Of a DNA stretch of 53,046 bases, positions 7,907-16,474 are shown in pieces; the stretch's first letter is position 1; every line of letters starts with the position of its first letter. The position numbers and the translations under genes were made by a program. The notes under the pieces are model-generated. The model had not been told where the DNA came from. It searched no databases and saw only the letters and a list, made by a program, of their open reading frames with translations. The stretch is from positions 1 to 53,046 of the forward strand of contig JBBUDH010000005.1 of NCBI GenBank assembly GCA_038057405.1, written 5' to 3'. This DNA is from Patescibacteria group bacterium. GTDB lineage: Bacteria > Patescibacteriota > Minisyncoccia > Phycocordibacterales > UBA2100.

Positions 7907-10747
7907 TTACTCGAATTCAATGATGGTACTCGTTGATTTCTGTAATTCGGCGAGATGCTTTTCAAGCACCATTCGGCTCTCTGGTGATACTTTAAGCCGG
8001 TGTGTAGCGGATTCTCCCGGCTTCATGTTCTGCGATTTCCTGAACGCCTGTATTTCGCGGATGGTGTCCCGAACTAATCCTTCTTCCTGCAACTCTTGCG
8101 TGATGTTCGTATCGAGTGCGATCCCGTCACCCGTCCGCTCCACTTTTTTCACATTCACCTCATCGGCAACGATGGAAAGATATTCATCCGGTAGCTTCGA
8201 ACCGCGCGGAATCGAAAGCGAGGCGAGCGGCTGACGCACCTTAATCTTCGCTGCATCGCGCGCTTCGAGCGCTTTCGTCACAATCGCACGAGCCGTTTGC
8301 ATCGCGTCGAGGAGTTGTTTGTCTTTATTTGCCCCGCCGAAAAGTCGCGCAAGGAATCCCGTCCGCACAGAAACTTCGGGCCACATGGCCAGGTGCACAC
8401 TCTCTTCGTCTTCGCCCTCGCGCACCGACTGGAAAAGATGCTCCGCAAAGAACGGCATTGAAGGAGCCATGACGAGCGCGAGACGGTGAAGTACGTATCG
8501 CAAGGTAGCGAGAGCGTCATTCTTATCCTTTCCTTCCTCTTTGAAACGGTCACGGCTTCTCCGCAAATACCACACAGACAGGTCGTCGATAAATTTCGGA
8601 AGTGGTCGCGTCGCCGAATCAAGCTGATAATTTTCATATCCTTGAGTTGTCTCGATGACAAACTCATCGATTCGCGCGATTATCCAGCGGTCGAGAACAT
8701 TCTCACTCTTCCAATCACGCGCGGTTTCGTTTTCATACAATTTGTAGAAAGCGAGCACATTGCCGAGGCGGCCGATGTTTTTCTTCGCTACTTCATCAAC
8801 GCCGCTTTCTGAGAAGCTCAGATTTTCCGCCTGCATGACGGGCGAAGAAAGCAGGTAGAGCCGAAGCGCATCGGCCCCGTATTTCTCCACGATTTCCATC
8901 GGGTCGGGATAGTTCTGAAGTTTCTTCGACATTTTCTTGCCGTCTTCGGCGAGCACGATGCCGTTCACAATGACGTTTTGAAATGTATTCTTTCGGAAAA
9001 GCGCTCCGCCGAGCACGTGCAGGTAGTAGAACCATGCGCGCGTCTGGTCGAGACCTTCGGCAATGAATTGCGCGGGGAAGGTGGCGTCGAAACGTTCTTT
9101 ATTTTCAAACGGGTAGTGCTTCTCACCGTAGGGCATCGAGCCCGAATCGAACCACGTGTCGAGCACATCGGGAATACGGCTCATGGTTGAGCCACATTTG
9201 CAGGGCACCGTGACCCCATCGACGATGTGTTTGTGCAGGTCATCTATCTTCTTGCCGCTCGCTTCCTCAAGCTCTGCGGCGCTGCCGAATACTCTATCTT
9301 TCTTACATGCGGCGCATCGCCAGACAGGAATGACGCTCGCCCAGAAGCGCTGGCGGGATATGGACCAGTCGCGTGCTCCCTCGAGCCACTTGCCGAATCT
9401 TCCCTCTTTGATATGTTCCGGCGACCAGGTGACCGCCTCCGCATTCGTGAGCAAATTTTCTTTTATCTTCGTGACGGAGACAAACCACGATGATGTCGCG
9501 TAATTGAGAAGCGGCGTGTCGCAACGCCAACAATGCGGGTATGAGTGAGTGACATTCTCCTTGGAGAAAAATAATCCCTTTTCCTGCAAATATTTAAGAA
9601 CCGCGATATCGGTGCCGAGCCGCACCTTGTCTTCTTCCGAGCGTGGTTTCACCTCCATTCCCGCAAAATCTTTTACTTCGGGCTTCATCGTGCCGTCCAT
9701 ATTGACGTGCTGTACGAACGGAAGATTCTCCCTCTTGGAAAGCTCCCAGTCGTCCGCACCAAAAGCAGGCGCTTCGTGCGCGATACCCGTACCTGCATCG
9801 ATTGTAATGAAATCCGCCGCGTAGACTTTCCATCCGTTCTCGCGATTCTTGAGCGTCGTGTCGTTGGTGTAGTAATTGAACGGTGGTTTGTATTTTTTAC
9901 CAACGAGCTCGCTGCCTTTCATCTCTGCGATGACCTCCGCGCCCTGTAAATCCTTTGCATACCGCTCAAGTGCCGCCTTTGCGAGAATATAGGTGCCCGA
10001 CTTCGTCCGGACTTTCACATAGTCGATATCTCCTTTCACCGCGAGTGCGGTATTTCCGGGCAACGTCCACGGAGTCGTGGTCCAGGCGAGGAAGTACGTT
10101 CCCGACTCATCGACAAGCTCAAACTTCAGTGTGACTGAAATATCTTTTACATCCTTGTACCCTTCCGATACTTCCTGTTGGGAGAGCGTTGTCTCGCAGC
10201 GCGGGCAGATGTGCATCGAGCGATAGTCCTCGTACACCAACCCCTTGTCGTAGATTTGTTTGAAAACCCACCACACCGATTCCATGAACGGTTTGTCCAT
10301 CGTGCGGTACGCGTGCTCCATGTCTGCCCAGCGACCAATTCGCGGGATTATTTTCTCCCACTCCTCTGCGTAGGTGAGCACGCGCGCGCGGCACGTTTCG
10401 TTGAATTTATCGATGCCGTATCCGAGAATGTCTTTCTTGTGTTTGAAGCCGAGCTCCTTTTCGACGATATTCTCGATGGGTAATCCGTGGCAATCCCAAC
10501 CCCATACGCGCGGTACCGAGTAGCCGCGCATCGTCCAGAAGCGCGGCACCGCATCCTTGATAACGCTCGCGACAATATGGCCGTAGTGCGGAAGCCCCGT
10601 CGCGAAAGGAGGACCGTCGTAAAAAACGTACTCACCGTTCGGCGCGTCCCGCTCGACGGATTTCTTGAAAATATCCTCGTCTTTCCAGAATTTTAGCGTC
10701 GTTTCTTCCCGCAAAGCGGTATCTGATTTTTGCGGTTTTTCGGCCAT
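7907..10747 (-). CDS. ileS: isoleucyl-tRNA synthetase
   Basis: 946 aa with PPFATGLPHYGHI (HIGH), KMSKKLQN (KMSKS) and an editing-domain-sized insert. Confidence 0.97.
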   Translation of the reverse strand: MAEKPQKSDTALREETTLKFWKDEDIFKKSVERDAPNGEYVFYDGPPFATGLPHYGHIVASVIKDAVPRFWTMRGYSVPRVWGWDCHGLPIENIVEKELGFKHKKDILGYGIDKFNETCRARVLTYAEEWEKIIPRIGRWADMEHAYRTMDKPFMESVWWVFKQIYDKGLVYEDYRSMHICPRCETTLSQQEVSEGYKDVKDISVTLKFELVDESGTYFLAWTTTPWTLPGNTALAVKGDIDYVKVRTKSGTYILAKAALERYAKDLQGAEVIAEMKGSELVGKKYKPPFNYYTNDTTLKNRENGWKVYAADFITIDAGTGIAHEAPAFGADDWELSKRENLPFVQHVNMDGTMKPEVKDFAGMEVKPRSEEDKVRLGTDIAVLKYLQEKGLFFSKENVTHSYPHCWRCDTPLLNYATSSWFVSVTKIKENLLTNAEAVTWSPEHIKEGRFGKWLEGARDWSISRQRFWASVIPVWRCAACKKDRVFGSAAELEEASGKKIDDLHKHIVDGVTVPCKCGSTMSRIPDVLDTWFDSGSMPYGEKHYPFENKERFDATFPAQFIAEGLDQTRAWFYYLHVLGGALFRKNTFQNVIVNGIVLAEDGKKMSKKLQNYPDPMEIVEKYGADALRLYLLSSPVMQAENLSFSESGVDEVAKKNIGRLGNVLAFYKLYENETARDWKSENVLDRWIIARIDEFVIETTQGYENYQLDSATRPLPKFIDDLSVWYLRRSRDRFKEEGKDKNDALATLRYVLHRLALVMAPSMPFFAEHLFQSVREGEDEESVHLAMWPEVSVRTGFLARLFGGANKDKQLLDAMQTARAIVTKALEARDAAKIKVRQPLASLSIPRGSKLPDEYLSIVADEVNVKKVERTGDGIALDTNITQELQEEGLVRDTIREIQAFRKSQNMKPGESATHRLKVSPESRMVLEKHLAELQKSTSTIIEFE

Positions 10748-10771
10748 ATTATGCCTATCGTAACAGAAAAA

Positions 10772-12448
10772 TTACATTCGTTCAGGCGCGGGGATGCCAA
10801 GTATCCAAAGACCATTTTTGAGCGTGCGGCGCACCGCATCCACGAGCGCGACCTTATGGGCGGCCCCTGCAGTACCGTCAAGAATTTGCTCTTGCGCGTA
10901 CCAACTGTTGAAACGTGCCGCAACTTCCAAAAGATAGCTCGTGAGTAAATGCGGCTCATGAAGTGACGTCGCATATTCAACGATCTCAGGAAAGCGATGC
11001 AAAAAGCGCGGAAGCTCACCGGTCGTCGCATTCAGATCGGTTTTCGCAGCAATATTTTGTTCCTTCGCTTTCTCAATGATTGCATTGGTGCGCGCATACG
11101 CATATTGCAAATAGGGTCCGGAATCGCCTTCGAGCGAGAGAGCACGCTCGCGGTCAAAAATAATATCCTTGCCCGAAGCTTGTCTGAGTATCTGATACTT
11201 AATCGCCGCCACGGCAACTTGTTGTGCAAGCGCATCTTTATCGTCCGCTCTGCTCTCCGCAGCGCGCTCTTTTGCGGCCTCTGTAAGGTCGGCGAGCAAC
11301 GATTCCCCCGTTATCACATTTCCTGTGCGCGAAGACATCTTCCCTTCTGCAAAACGCATCATGCCGTGCGACACGTGCTCGATTTTCGCGGCAATGTCGG
11401 GCATGACCTTCCGCATTGCGGCAAGAACAACTTTGAAATAATCGCTCTGTTCATGCGCGGTCACTGTAATTGATACATCCACCGTGCATTTCTCCGCCTT
11501 GAGCTCTGCGAGCCCCAGCTCTTTGGTCTCATACGTCGGCAACCCCTTCGACGTGATGAACACGCGTGTGTGAAGACCATCTTTTTCACCCTTGTACACG
11601 ATCGCACCATCACTCTCCTCAAATACTTCCGGATGTTTCTTCACGAGCTCAACACCACGCGCGGCAGTCTCACTTTCGAAAAAATAGAAATCGAATTTCG
11701 TACCGAGTATTTTGTAAATCGATTCGAAATGCGCTAACGACGCTTCTCTGCCCTGGTCGTAGATGTTATTGATGACCGGGTCACTGCGATCGTATACCTG
11801 CGTATTGATTTTATCGATTTGCTCTTTTGCAGCCTCGTCACTCTCATATGCTGTTGCGCCTTGAGAATACGCGCGGCCCAGGGGCCAAACCTTTTTATCT
11901 CCCACATTAAGTCCGAACTTTTGCAATCCCCAAATCGCTTTCGCAACATGCGGTCCGACATCGCCCTGATAGTTGGCACGCTTCACATCCGCGCCTGAAA
12001 ATTGCATAAGCCGTGCGATTGATTCGCCGATTGCGTTGCTCATCAAATGTCCTATGTGAAATTCCTTGAATGGGTTCGGGTCGGTGTATTCCACCATTAT
12101 CTTTTTCCCGGCATTAAATGTGCCACTTCCCCACATATCTTCTTTGCGCGCGGTCTCGACTGCCTCGGCGAGTGCGCCAGGGGTGAGATAAAAATTGATG
12201 AAGCCCGCTCCCGCGACTTCGACTTTCGAAACGCCCTCAGGGCTACCAAACGCCGCAACTATTTTCTCCGCAAGCGCCCGCGGAGCTGTTCCCGCTTGTT
12301 TGGCATATTGCAATGCGACGCCGGAAGAATAATCGCCGTTGCGCAGCTCGGCCGGATGTTCGAGCGGAACTTTGTCTGGCTCAACAACAATGCCGAGTCC
12401 GCTGAGCGATTTTGCAATTGAATCTTTCAAGCTGCTCCTGATATCCAT
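10772..12448 (-). CDS. argS: arginyl-tRNA synthetase
   Basis: 558 aa with the EYTDPNPFKEFHIGHL (HIGH) motif, an N-terminal Arg-tRNA add-on domain and a DALR-like C-terminus. Confidence 0.95.
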   Translation of the reverse strand: MDIRSSLKDSIAKSLSGLGIVVEPDKVPLEHPAELRNGDYSSGVALQYAKQAGTAPRALAEKIVAAFGSPEGVSKVEVAGAGFINFYLTPGALAEAVETARKEDMWGSGTFNAGKKIMVEYTDPNPFKEFHIGHLMSNAIGESIARLMQFSGADVKRANYQGDVGPHVAKAIWGLQKFGLNVGDKKVWPLGRAYSQGATAYESDEAAKEQIDKINTQVYDRSDPVINNIYDQGREASLAHFESIYKILGTKFDFYFFESETAARGVELVKKHPEVFEESDGAIVYKGEKDGLHTRVFITSKGLPTYETKELGLAELKAEKCTVDVSITVTAHEQSDYFKVVLAAMRKVMPDIAAKIEHVSHGMMRFAEGKMSSRTGNVITGESLLADLTEAAKERAAESRADDKDALAQQVAVAAIKYQILRQASGKDIIFDRERALSLEGDSGPYLQYAYARTNAIIEKAKEQNIAAKTDLNATTGELPRFLHRFPEIVEYATSLHEPHLLTSYLLEVAARFNSWYAQEQILDGTAGAAHKVALVDAVRRTLKNGLWILGIPAPERM

Positions 12449-12478
12449 GTCGTTCTATTATAGCCGAGCGGAGAGAGC

Positions 12479-12505
12479 GAAGTGCGACCAGCATGGTCGC
12501 ACTTC
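12479..12505 (-). terminator. 11-bp GC-rich stem-loop between the TrmB-like gene 1 stop and the argS start; no clear U-tract
   Basis: GAAGTGCGACC-AGCAT-GGTCGCACTTC. No T-run follows on the minus strand, so its role as a terminator is uncertain. Confidence 0.35.
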
Positions 12506-12536
12506 CGAACGAGCGCTGGTTATATGAGCATAGCGA

Positions 12537-13310
12537 TTATGCCTTAGCCGTGGGCTCAAGGCGATTCCACAATTCCTGCCATGCCACCCGCACCGCAGTT
12601 GCGATACCTTCGTCTTCAATAATGACCCCGAACGGATTTTCTTTGTCCCAGCGGAAAAATGCGACTTTGTTGCCGAAGACGTTGATTTCCGTTCCGAATT
12701 CTTCAGAATCTACGAAGCGCGTCTCGCGCATGAACGTGACATCGTTCTTCTCCGTCCACTCATGTGCGAATTTTGAGTCCCTATCAATGCACCGGGCGGC
12801 AATCTTCTTGGCAACACGTTGTGCCACATACCAATTGAGGAAACTCCACGGAAGCGTCCCCACCGCAGCGTCGAGATCTTCCCACGCGTAAATGATCTGT
12901 TTATCGCGCAACGTCACCCGGTAAATCTCTTTTAGCCCTTCAAGTCCCTGATAGAAAGAAACTTTCGGCTTGTTGCGCACATTATTCTGTATCGCGAGCA
13001 GCTGCGGTATGAGCCGCTCCATGGAAGCAACTTTTGATTTCTGTTCGTCTACCAAATGATGCGGACTGACTGCCGAATAGAGTTTGCGTTTTCCTTTCTT
13101 TATCTCCGAGAGCAGCTGTCGCTCCTTCAGAGTGTCGATGAAGTTGTAAATACTCGTACGCTTCACGCCGGATTTGCGCGAGATTTCCTGAATGTTCGCC
13201 TCGCCGAGCTCAAGTGCAGCGAGGTATACGGCGATTTCCTGCTCGGACAATCCGAGCGTTTGCATCAACTCCGCCTCGTTTTCGCTCAAAAATGACGTGG
13301 ATTTAGACAT
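12537..13310 (-). CDS. TrmB-like winged-helix transcriptional regulator, paralog 1
   Basis: N-terminal wHTH: LGLSEQEIAVYLAALELGEANIQEISRKSGVKRTSIYNFIDTLKERQLL. The C-terminal domain is shared with the genes at 15223-15993 and 32714-33469. Confidence 0.85.
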   Translation of the reverse strand: MSKSTSFLSENEAELMQTLGLSEQEIAVYLAALELGEANIQEISRKSGVKRTSIYNFIDTLKERQLLSEIKKGKRKLYSAVSPHHLVDEQKSKVASMERLIPQLLAIQNNVRNKPKVSFYQGLEGLKEIYRVTLRDKQIIYAWEDLDAAVGTLPWSFLNWYVAQRVAKKIAARCIDRDSKFAHEWTEKNDVTFMRETRFVDSEEFGTEINVFGNKVAFFRWDKENPFGVIIEDEGIATAVRVAWQELWNRLEPTAKA

Positions 13311-13336
13311 ATTTCTATATATCCGAATTGTGAAGC

Positions 13337-13366
13337 ATTATAAGCATAATATGTTCAGTCTGTCAA
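13337..13366 (-). promoter_or_regulatory. consensus sigma70-type promoter for TrmB-like gene 1
   Basis: On the minus strand, TTGACA (13366-13361), an 18-nt spacer, then TATAAT (13342-13337). The -10 box ends 26 nt upstream of the ATG. Confidence 0.6.
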
Positions 13367-13503
13367 CCAATTCTGTGCAATATGACGTATTTTCTAAACA
13401 TCTAGTCAAAATCAGGCAACATGTCCATAACTCTGGCAAGTTGATTGCCGAGTGATCGTTGACACCTGTGCCGCTCAGCAAGCGGCCAAACAAGGAGCGT
13501 TCC

Positions 13504-14265
13504 ATGAACGACTGTAAACGAATTGACGTACTGACGCAGGCGCAATGCGCGCTCCTGACCGCCAGCACTCCCCTCTTGCAAGGAATGAGTGAAGACGATC
13601 TTGAGCGGCGGATTATCCGTCACCCTGAATTGCAGAATAATCTCGCTGACGTGTTCCGAAGGCAATCGGGCTTCCCCGGGCTCCCAGGAACGGGGATAAA
13701 AATCCTTCGCGCGTTACAACTCGAGGAGGTTCCCGGTAAGAAAACTGCCGACTGCTTCACGAAAAAGTGGAGTGAAGATCGGAACCTAACTGCATTGGAG
13801 CAATATCTGCCGGAAGAGCAACGCGCTCAATCTGCCAGTTCCGTGCTCGTGTTCGAGCTCGGACCGAACAACAAATCCTCTACCATTCTGAGTGTTGCAA
13901 GTTGTGCTCTCCGTCTGGCATGGGATGTTCTCGAGTTCGGCTTTCCGTTGGAATCGGTTTCGAAGTTGCTCATCAGGCGCGGACACACGATGACCCTGCC
14001 GACACTGGAACACCTCGTCGAGCGACAGATGAGGGGTGAAGATGTCGGCTTCAAAAGGACCGGCAGCTGGGCGCCTGAAATCTGGTCGTTTGTCGAGAGC
14101 AAGAACGGCGATGTCGTGATTTGCAGACTCTACAGCGAACCGAACAGCCTCGGCAAAAAGTGGCAGATAAATATTCCGTTCGGTAGCGACTTCGAGTACT
14201 GGCGGAAGTACGACCTGTGCTATCCCGGACTGAAGTTCGTGATCCCGAATTGGACTCGCAATTAA
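13504..14265 (+). CDS. hypothetical protein (253 aa), cargo A of cassette 1
   Basis: AAGGAG lies 6 nt before the ATG at 13504. No recognisable domain. Confidence 0.65.
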   Translation: MNDCKRIDVLTQAQCALLTASTPLLQGMSEDDLERRIIRHPELQNNLADVFRRQSGFPGLPGTGIKILRALQLEEVPGKKTADCFTKKWSEDRNLTALEQYLPEEQRAQSASSVLVFELGPNNKSSTILSVASCALRLAWDVLEFGFPLESVSKLLIRRGHTMTLPTLEHLVERQMRGEDVGFKRTGSWAPEIWSFVESKNGDVVICRLYSEPNSLGKKWQINIPFGSDFEYWRKYDLCYPGLKFVIPNWTRN

Positions 14266-14278
14266 CGGAGGTTACACG

Positions 14279-14539
14279 ATGTCAAAGAACATCTGGAAGA
14301 TCTACTTCTTCGCATTGCTCATCGGAAGTTTCGGCGGGCAACTAACGAACGTAGGCATTGGCTACTACCTCAATCTGCCGCCGCAGCCAACTTACGAACA
14401 GCTGGTGCGTTGGCACGTGCGGGACCACTGCGGATTCCCCGCACACATTGACGCGTGGGCGACCTGCGCCGCCCGCGAAAGTGACAAGTTCCGCGAGCAG
14501 CAAATCCAGCTCGCGGTCGAAAACTGGCAAAACATCTGA
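14279..14539 (+). CDS. small membrane protein (86 aa), cargo B
   Basis: GGAGG lies 7 nt before the ATG. The N-terminal TM helix is IWKIYFFALLIGSFGGQL. Confidence 0.6.
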   Translation: MSKNIWKIYFFALLIGSFGGQLTNVGIGYYLNLPPQPTYEQLVRWHVRDHCGFPAHIDAWATCAARESDKFREQQIQLAVENWQNI

Positions 14540-14550
14540 AGGAGCGAAAC

Positions 14551-14832
14551 ATGCCGAAGTTCAACTTGGTCGTAGCTAACCCGGATGAGGACGTGGGTGA
14601 TGTTGCGACACGAGAATTCGACTGGCCCGCCCTGCCTCGTATCGGCGAAGAGATTAGCGTCTCTACGGTAGGTTCGGGATTACAGGGCGCAGAGGTACAA
14701 ATCTACCGAATAAAACACTGGTTCGAGAGCAGCGAAATCGAGATCTACTGCAAGATTACGGAGGGAAACGTCGAAGCGAACAGGTGGTCTTTCGAATACC
14801 TGATCACCGAAAACGGTTTCACCAGGCAGTAA
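14551..14832 (+). CDS. small hypothetical protein (93 aa), cargo C
   Basis: GAAGGAG lies 6 nt before the ATG. It is a distant paralog of the next gene. Confidence 0.6.
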   Translation: MPKFNLVVANPDEDVGDVATREFDWPALPRIGEEISVSTVGSGLQGAEVQIYRIKHWFESSEIEIYCKITEGNVEANRWSFEYLITENGFTRQ

Positions 14833-14847
14833 TCGGTCACGACGCGA

Positions 14848-14879
14848 AGCGGCGCGGAAAAGAACTTTTCCGCGCCGCT
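14848..14879 (+). terminator. perfect 15-bp stem-loop between cargo C and D (attenuator or terminator-like, no U-tract)
   Basis: AGCGGCGCGGAAAAG-AA-CTTTTCCGCGCCGCT. Confidence 0.45.
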
Positions 14880-14907
14880 AAAACTGCAACACTTCAGGAG
14901 AAGCGCC

Positions 14908-15162
14908 ATGATCACGTTCCACCTCGACATTAGTTACCACGACAGTTCACGGGACCAGATCACAAAGCAAGTGAGCTGGCCTGTAGTTCCGTCCAAAAAG
15001 CAACGCATCATGATCGGTGAATGCTTTCTGACGGTTGGCTGGGTCCTGCACGATCTCGACAGCAACGAGATCAGGGTCCACTGCAACCTTGGCCGAGCGA
15101 ACTCCAAAGAATTGTTCGAGCTGCTGCTGAAGCAGCACGGCTTTCGGGTCCGTGGCACTTAA
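14908..15162 (+). CDS. small hypothetical protein (84 aa), cargo D, paralog of cargo C
   Basis: AGGAG lies 7 nt before the ATG. It shares with cargo C the pattern F-L...WP..P...SxEI..xC...FE.L....GF. Confidence 0.6.
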   Translation: MITFHLDISYHDSSRDQITKQVSWPVVPSKKQRIMIGECFLTVGWVLHDLDSNEIRVHCNLGRANSKELFELLLKQHGFRVRGT

Positions 15163-15187
15163 GTACGTGCCGGTCGAATCTAACTCA

Positions 15188-15225
15188 AACGGCGCGGGAA
15201 ACATACCTCCCGCGCCGTTTTTTTA
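15188..15225. terminator. rho-independent terminator between convergent cargo D and TrmB-like gene 2
   Basis: AACGGCGCGGGA-AACATACC-TCCCGCGCCGTT followed by TTTTTTATTT. Confidence 0.75.
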
Positions 15226-15993
15226 TTTCGCAATCGGGGCGAGCTGGTCCCACTGTTCTTGCCAGATTATTTTGAGTGTGCGGGCGAGACCGGGGTCTTC
15301 GATGAGGACGCCGAAGGGAGAATCTTTGCGCAAACTGAAGAGCGCGACTTTATTGCCGAATATTTCGATGTCTGTCCCGAACTCCTCCGCCGCAAGCAGC
15401 CGCGACTCGCGTGAGTAGCCGATATTTTTCTCAGTAATGAATTTCCGTGCGAATGGCGTGTCGCGAGTGATGGTACGAAGCGGGATTTTCTTTGCGGAAC
15501 GCTCTTCAGGATAATTCTTAGTAAACGACTGCGGCATGATGTCGAACATGCGATCGAGGTCTTCCCACGCGTAAATCGTCTGCTTGTCATGCAGCATGAC
15601 GTTGTACATCTCTTCCATGCCCGCTATCCCCTCGTGATACGTTACTTTCGGTTTTTTCTGTCCGCTGTTGTCTATCGCGAGCAGTTGCGGAATGAGTTTC
15701 TCCACTGCCGCGATGCGCGCACGCTCTAATTGCAAAAGTTGCGAGGGATGCGCCGCCGCATACACGTGCCGCTTCCCTTTTTTGGTCTCGGAGACAAGTT
15801 GGCGTTCTTTAAGAGCCGCAAGGTGGTTGTAGGTGCTCGCGCGGGTCACACACGATTTGCGCGAAATATCTTGAATATGCGCCTGCCCGAGCTCTAGTAG
15901 CGCGAGGTAGACGGCAAGCTCGCCCTCACTCAATCCGAGGCTACGAAGCAATTCCGCGTCCTTTTCTTCCAGAAATGACACATTTATTGTCAT
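15223..15993 (-). CDS. TrmB-like winged-helix transcriptional regulator, paralog 2
   Basis: LGLSEGELAVYLALLELGQAHIQDISRKSCVTRASTYNHLAALKERQLV. It aligns along its full length with paralog 1 (IYAWEDLD, EEFGT.I..FGNKVA.F, PFGV.IED). The start is set at the ATG at 15993 (MTINVSFLEE). Confidence 0.85.
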   Translation of the reverse strand: MTINVSFLEEKDAELLRSLGLSEGELAVYLALLELGQAHIQDISRKSCVTRASTYNHLAALKERQLVSETKKGKRHVYAAAHPSQLLQLERARIAAVEKLIPQLLAIDNSGQKKPKVTYHEGIAGMEEMYNVMLHDKQTIYAWEDLDRMFDIMPQSFTKNYPEERSAKKIPLRTITRDTPFARKFITEKNIGYSRESRLLAAEEFGTDIEIFGNKVALFSLRKDSPFGVLIEDPGLARTLKIIWQEQWDQLAPIAK

Positions 15994-16018
15994 ATTTCCC
16001 TTTGCCACGATATGATTG

Positions 16019-16048
16019 ATTATAAGCATATTTATTGCATATAGTCAA
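16019..16048 (-). promoter_or_regulatory. near-consensus sigma70-type promoter for TrmB-like gene 2
   Basis: On the minus strand, TTGACT (16048-16043), an 18-nt spacer, then TATAAT (16024-16019). The geometry matches the paralog 1 promoter. Confidence 0.6.
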
Positions 16049-16157
16049 CTAGTACGACTCAAAACAACACTATTTCTAAACAATAGAGACAAATTGAGCA
16101 ACAATCCCCTCGAGTCCGGCAAGTCCCCTTGCCTGACCTGCACATTGGGAGTTGAAC

Positions 16158-16346
16158 ATGGCTACTCAGAATGCGTTGAAGAAGCCCGACGTACGTGATG
16201 CGCCCACGCCTGAAGACATTGGGCAACTCTTCTTGCGAAATAAGGGCATATCGCAGTTCGTCGTCTCGTCACCGGGAGATATCTTGGTCGAATGCAAGCT
16301 GAACGACCAGCAGGCCATTGAGCGCAAAGTCGCCGACGAGCGCTGA
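16158..16346 (+). CDS. small hypothetical protein (62 aa), cargo E of cassette 2
   Basis: GGGAG lies 6 nt before the ATG at 16158. No recognisable domain. Confidence 0.5.
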   Translation: MATQNALKKPDVRDAPTPEDIGQLFLRNKGISQFVVSSPGDILVECKLNDQQAIERKVADER

Positions 16347-16370
16347 ACGGGCAATCCGCCCGGTCACCTT

Positions 16371-16399
16371 GGCAGGAACGACTGCCAGTCGTTCCTGCC
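16371..16399 (+). terminator. 13-bp stem-loop after cargo E (attenuator or terminator-like)
   Basis: GGCAGGAACGACT-GCC-AGTCGTTCCTGCC followed by CTTGATTG. Confidence 0.4.
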
Positions 16400-16474
16400 C
16401 TTGATTGAGTTCGCGAACATCCGTTCGTTGGCTCTGAGAGATCTTGATCGTTGACATATCAAAGGAGCATGAAA

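Noticed and set aside
12457-12462. TATAAT box 8 nt upstream of the argS ATG, suggesting a leaderless argS mRNA
   Set aside because: There is no acceptable -35 element at 16-19 nt spacing, and a single hexamer match could be chance. It cannot be supported without transcription start data.
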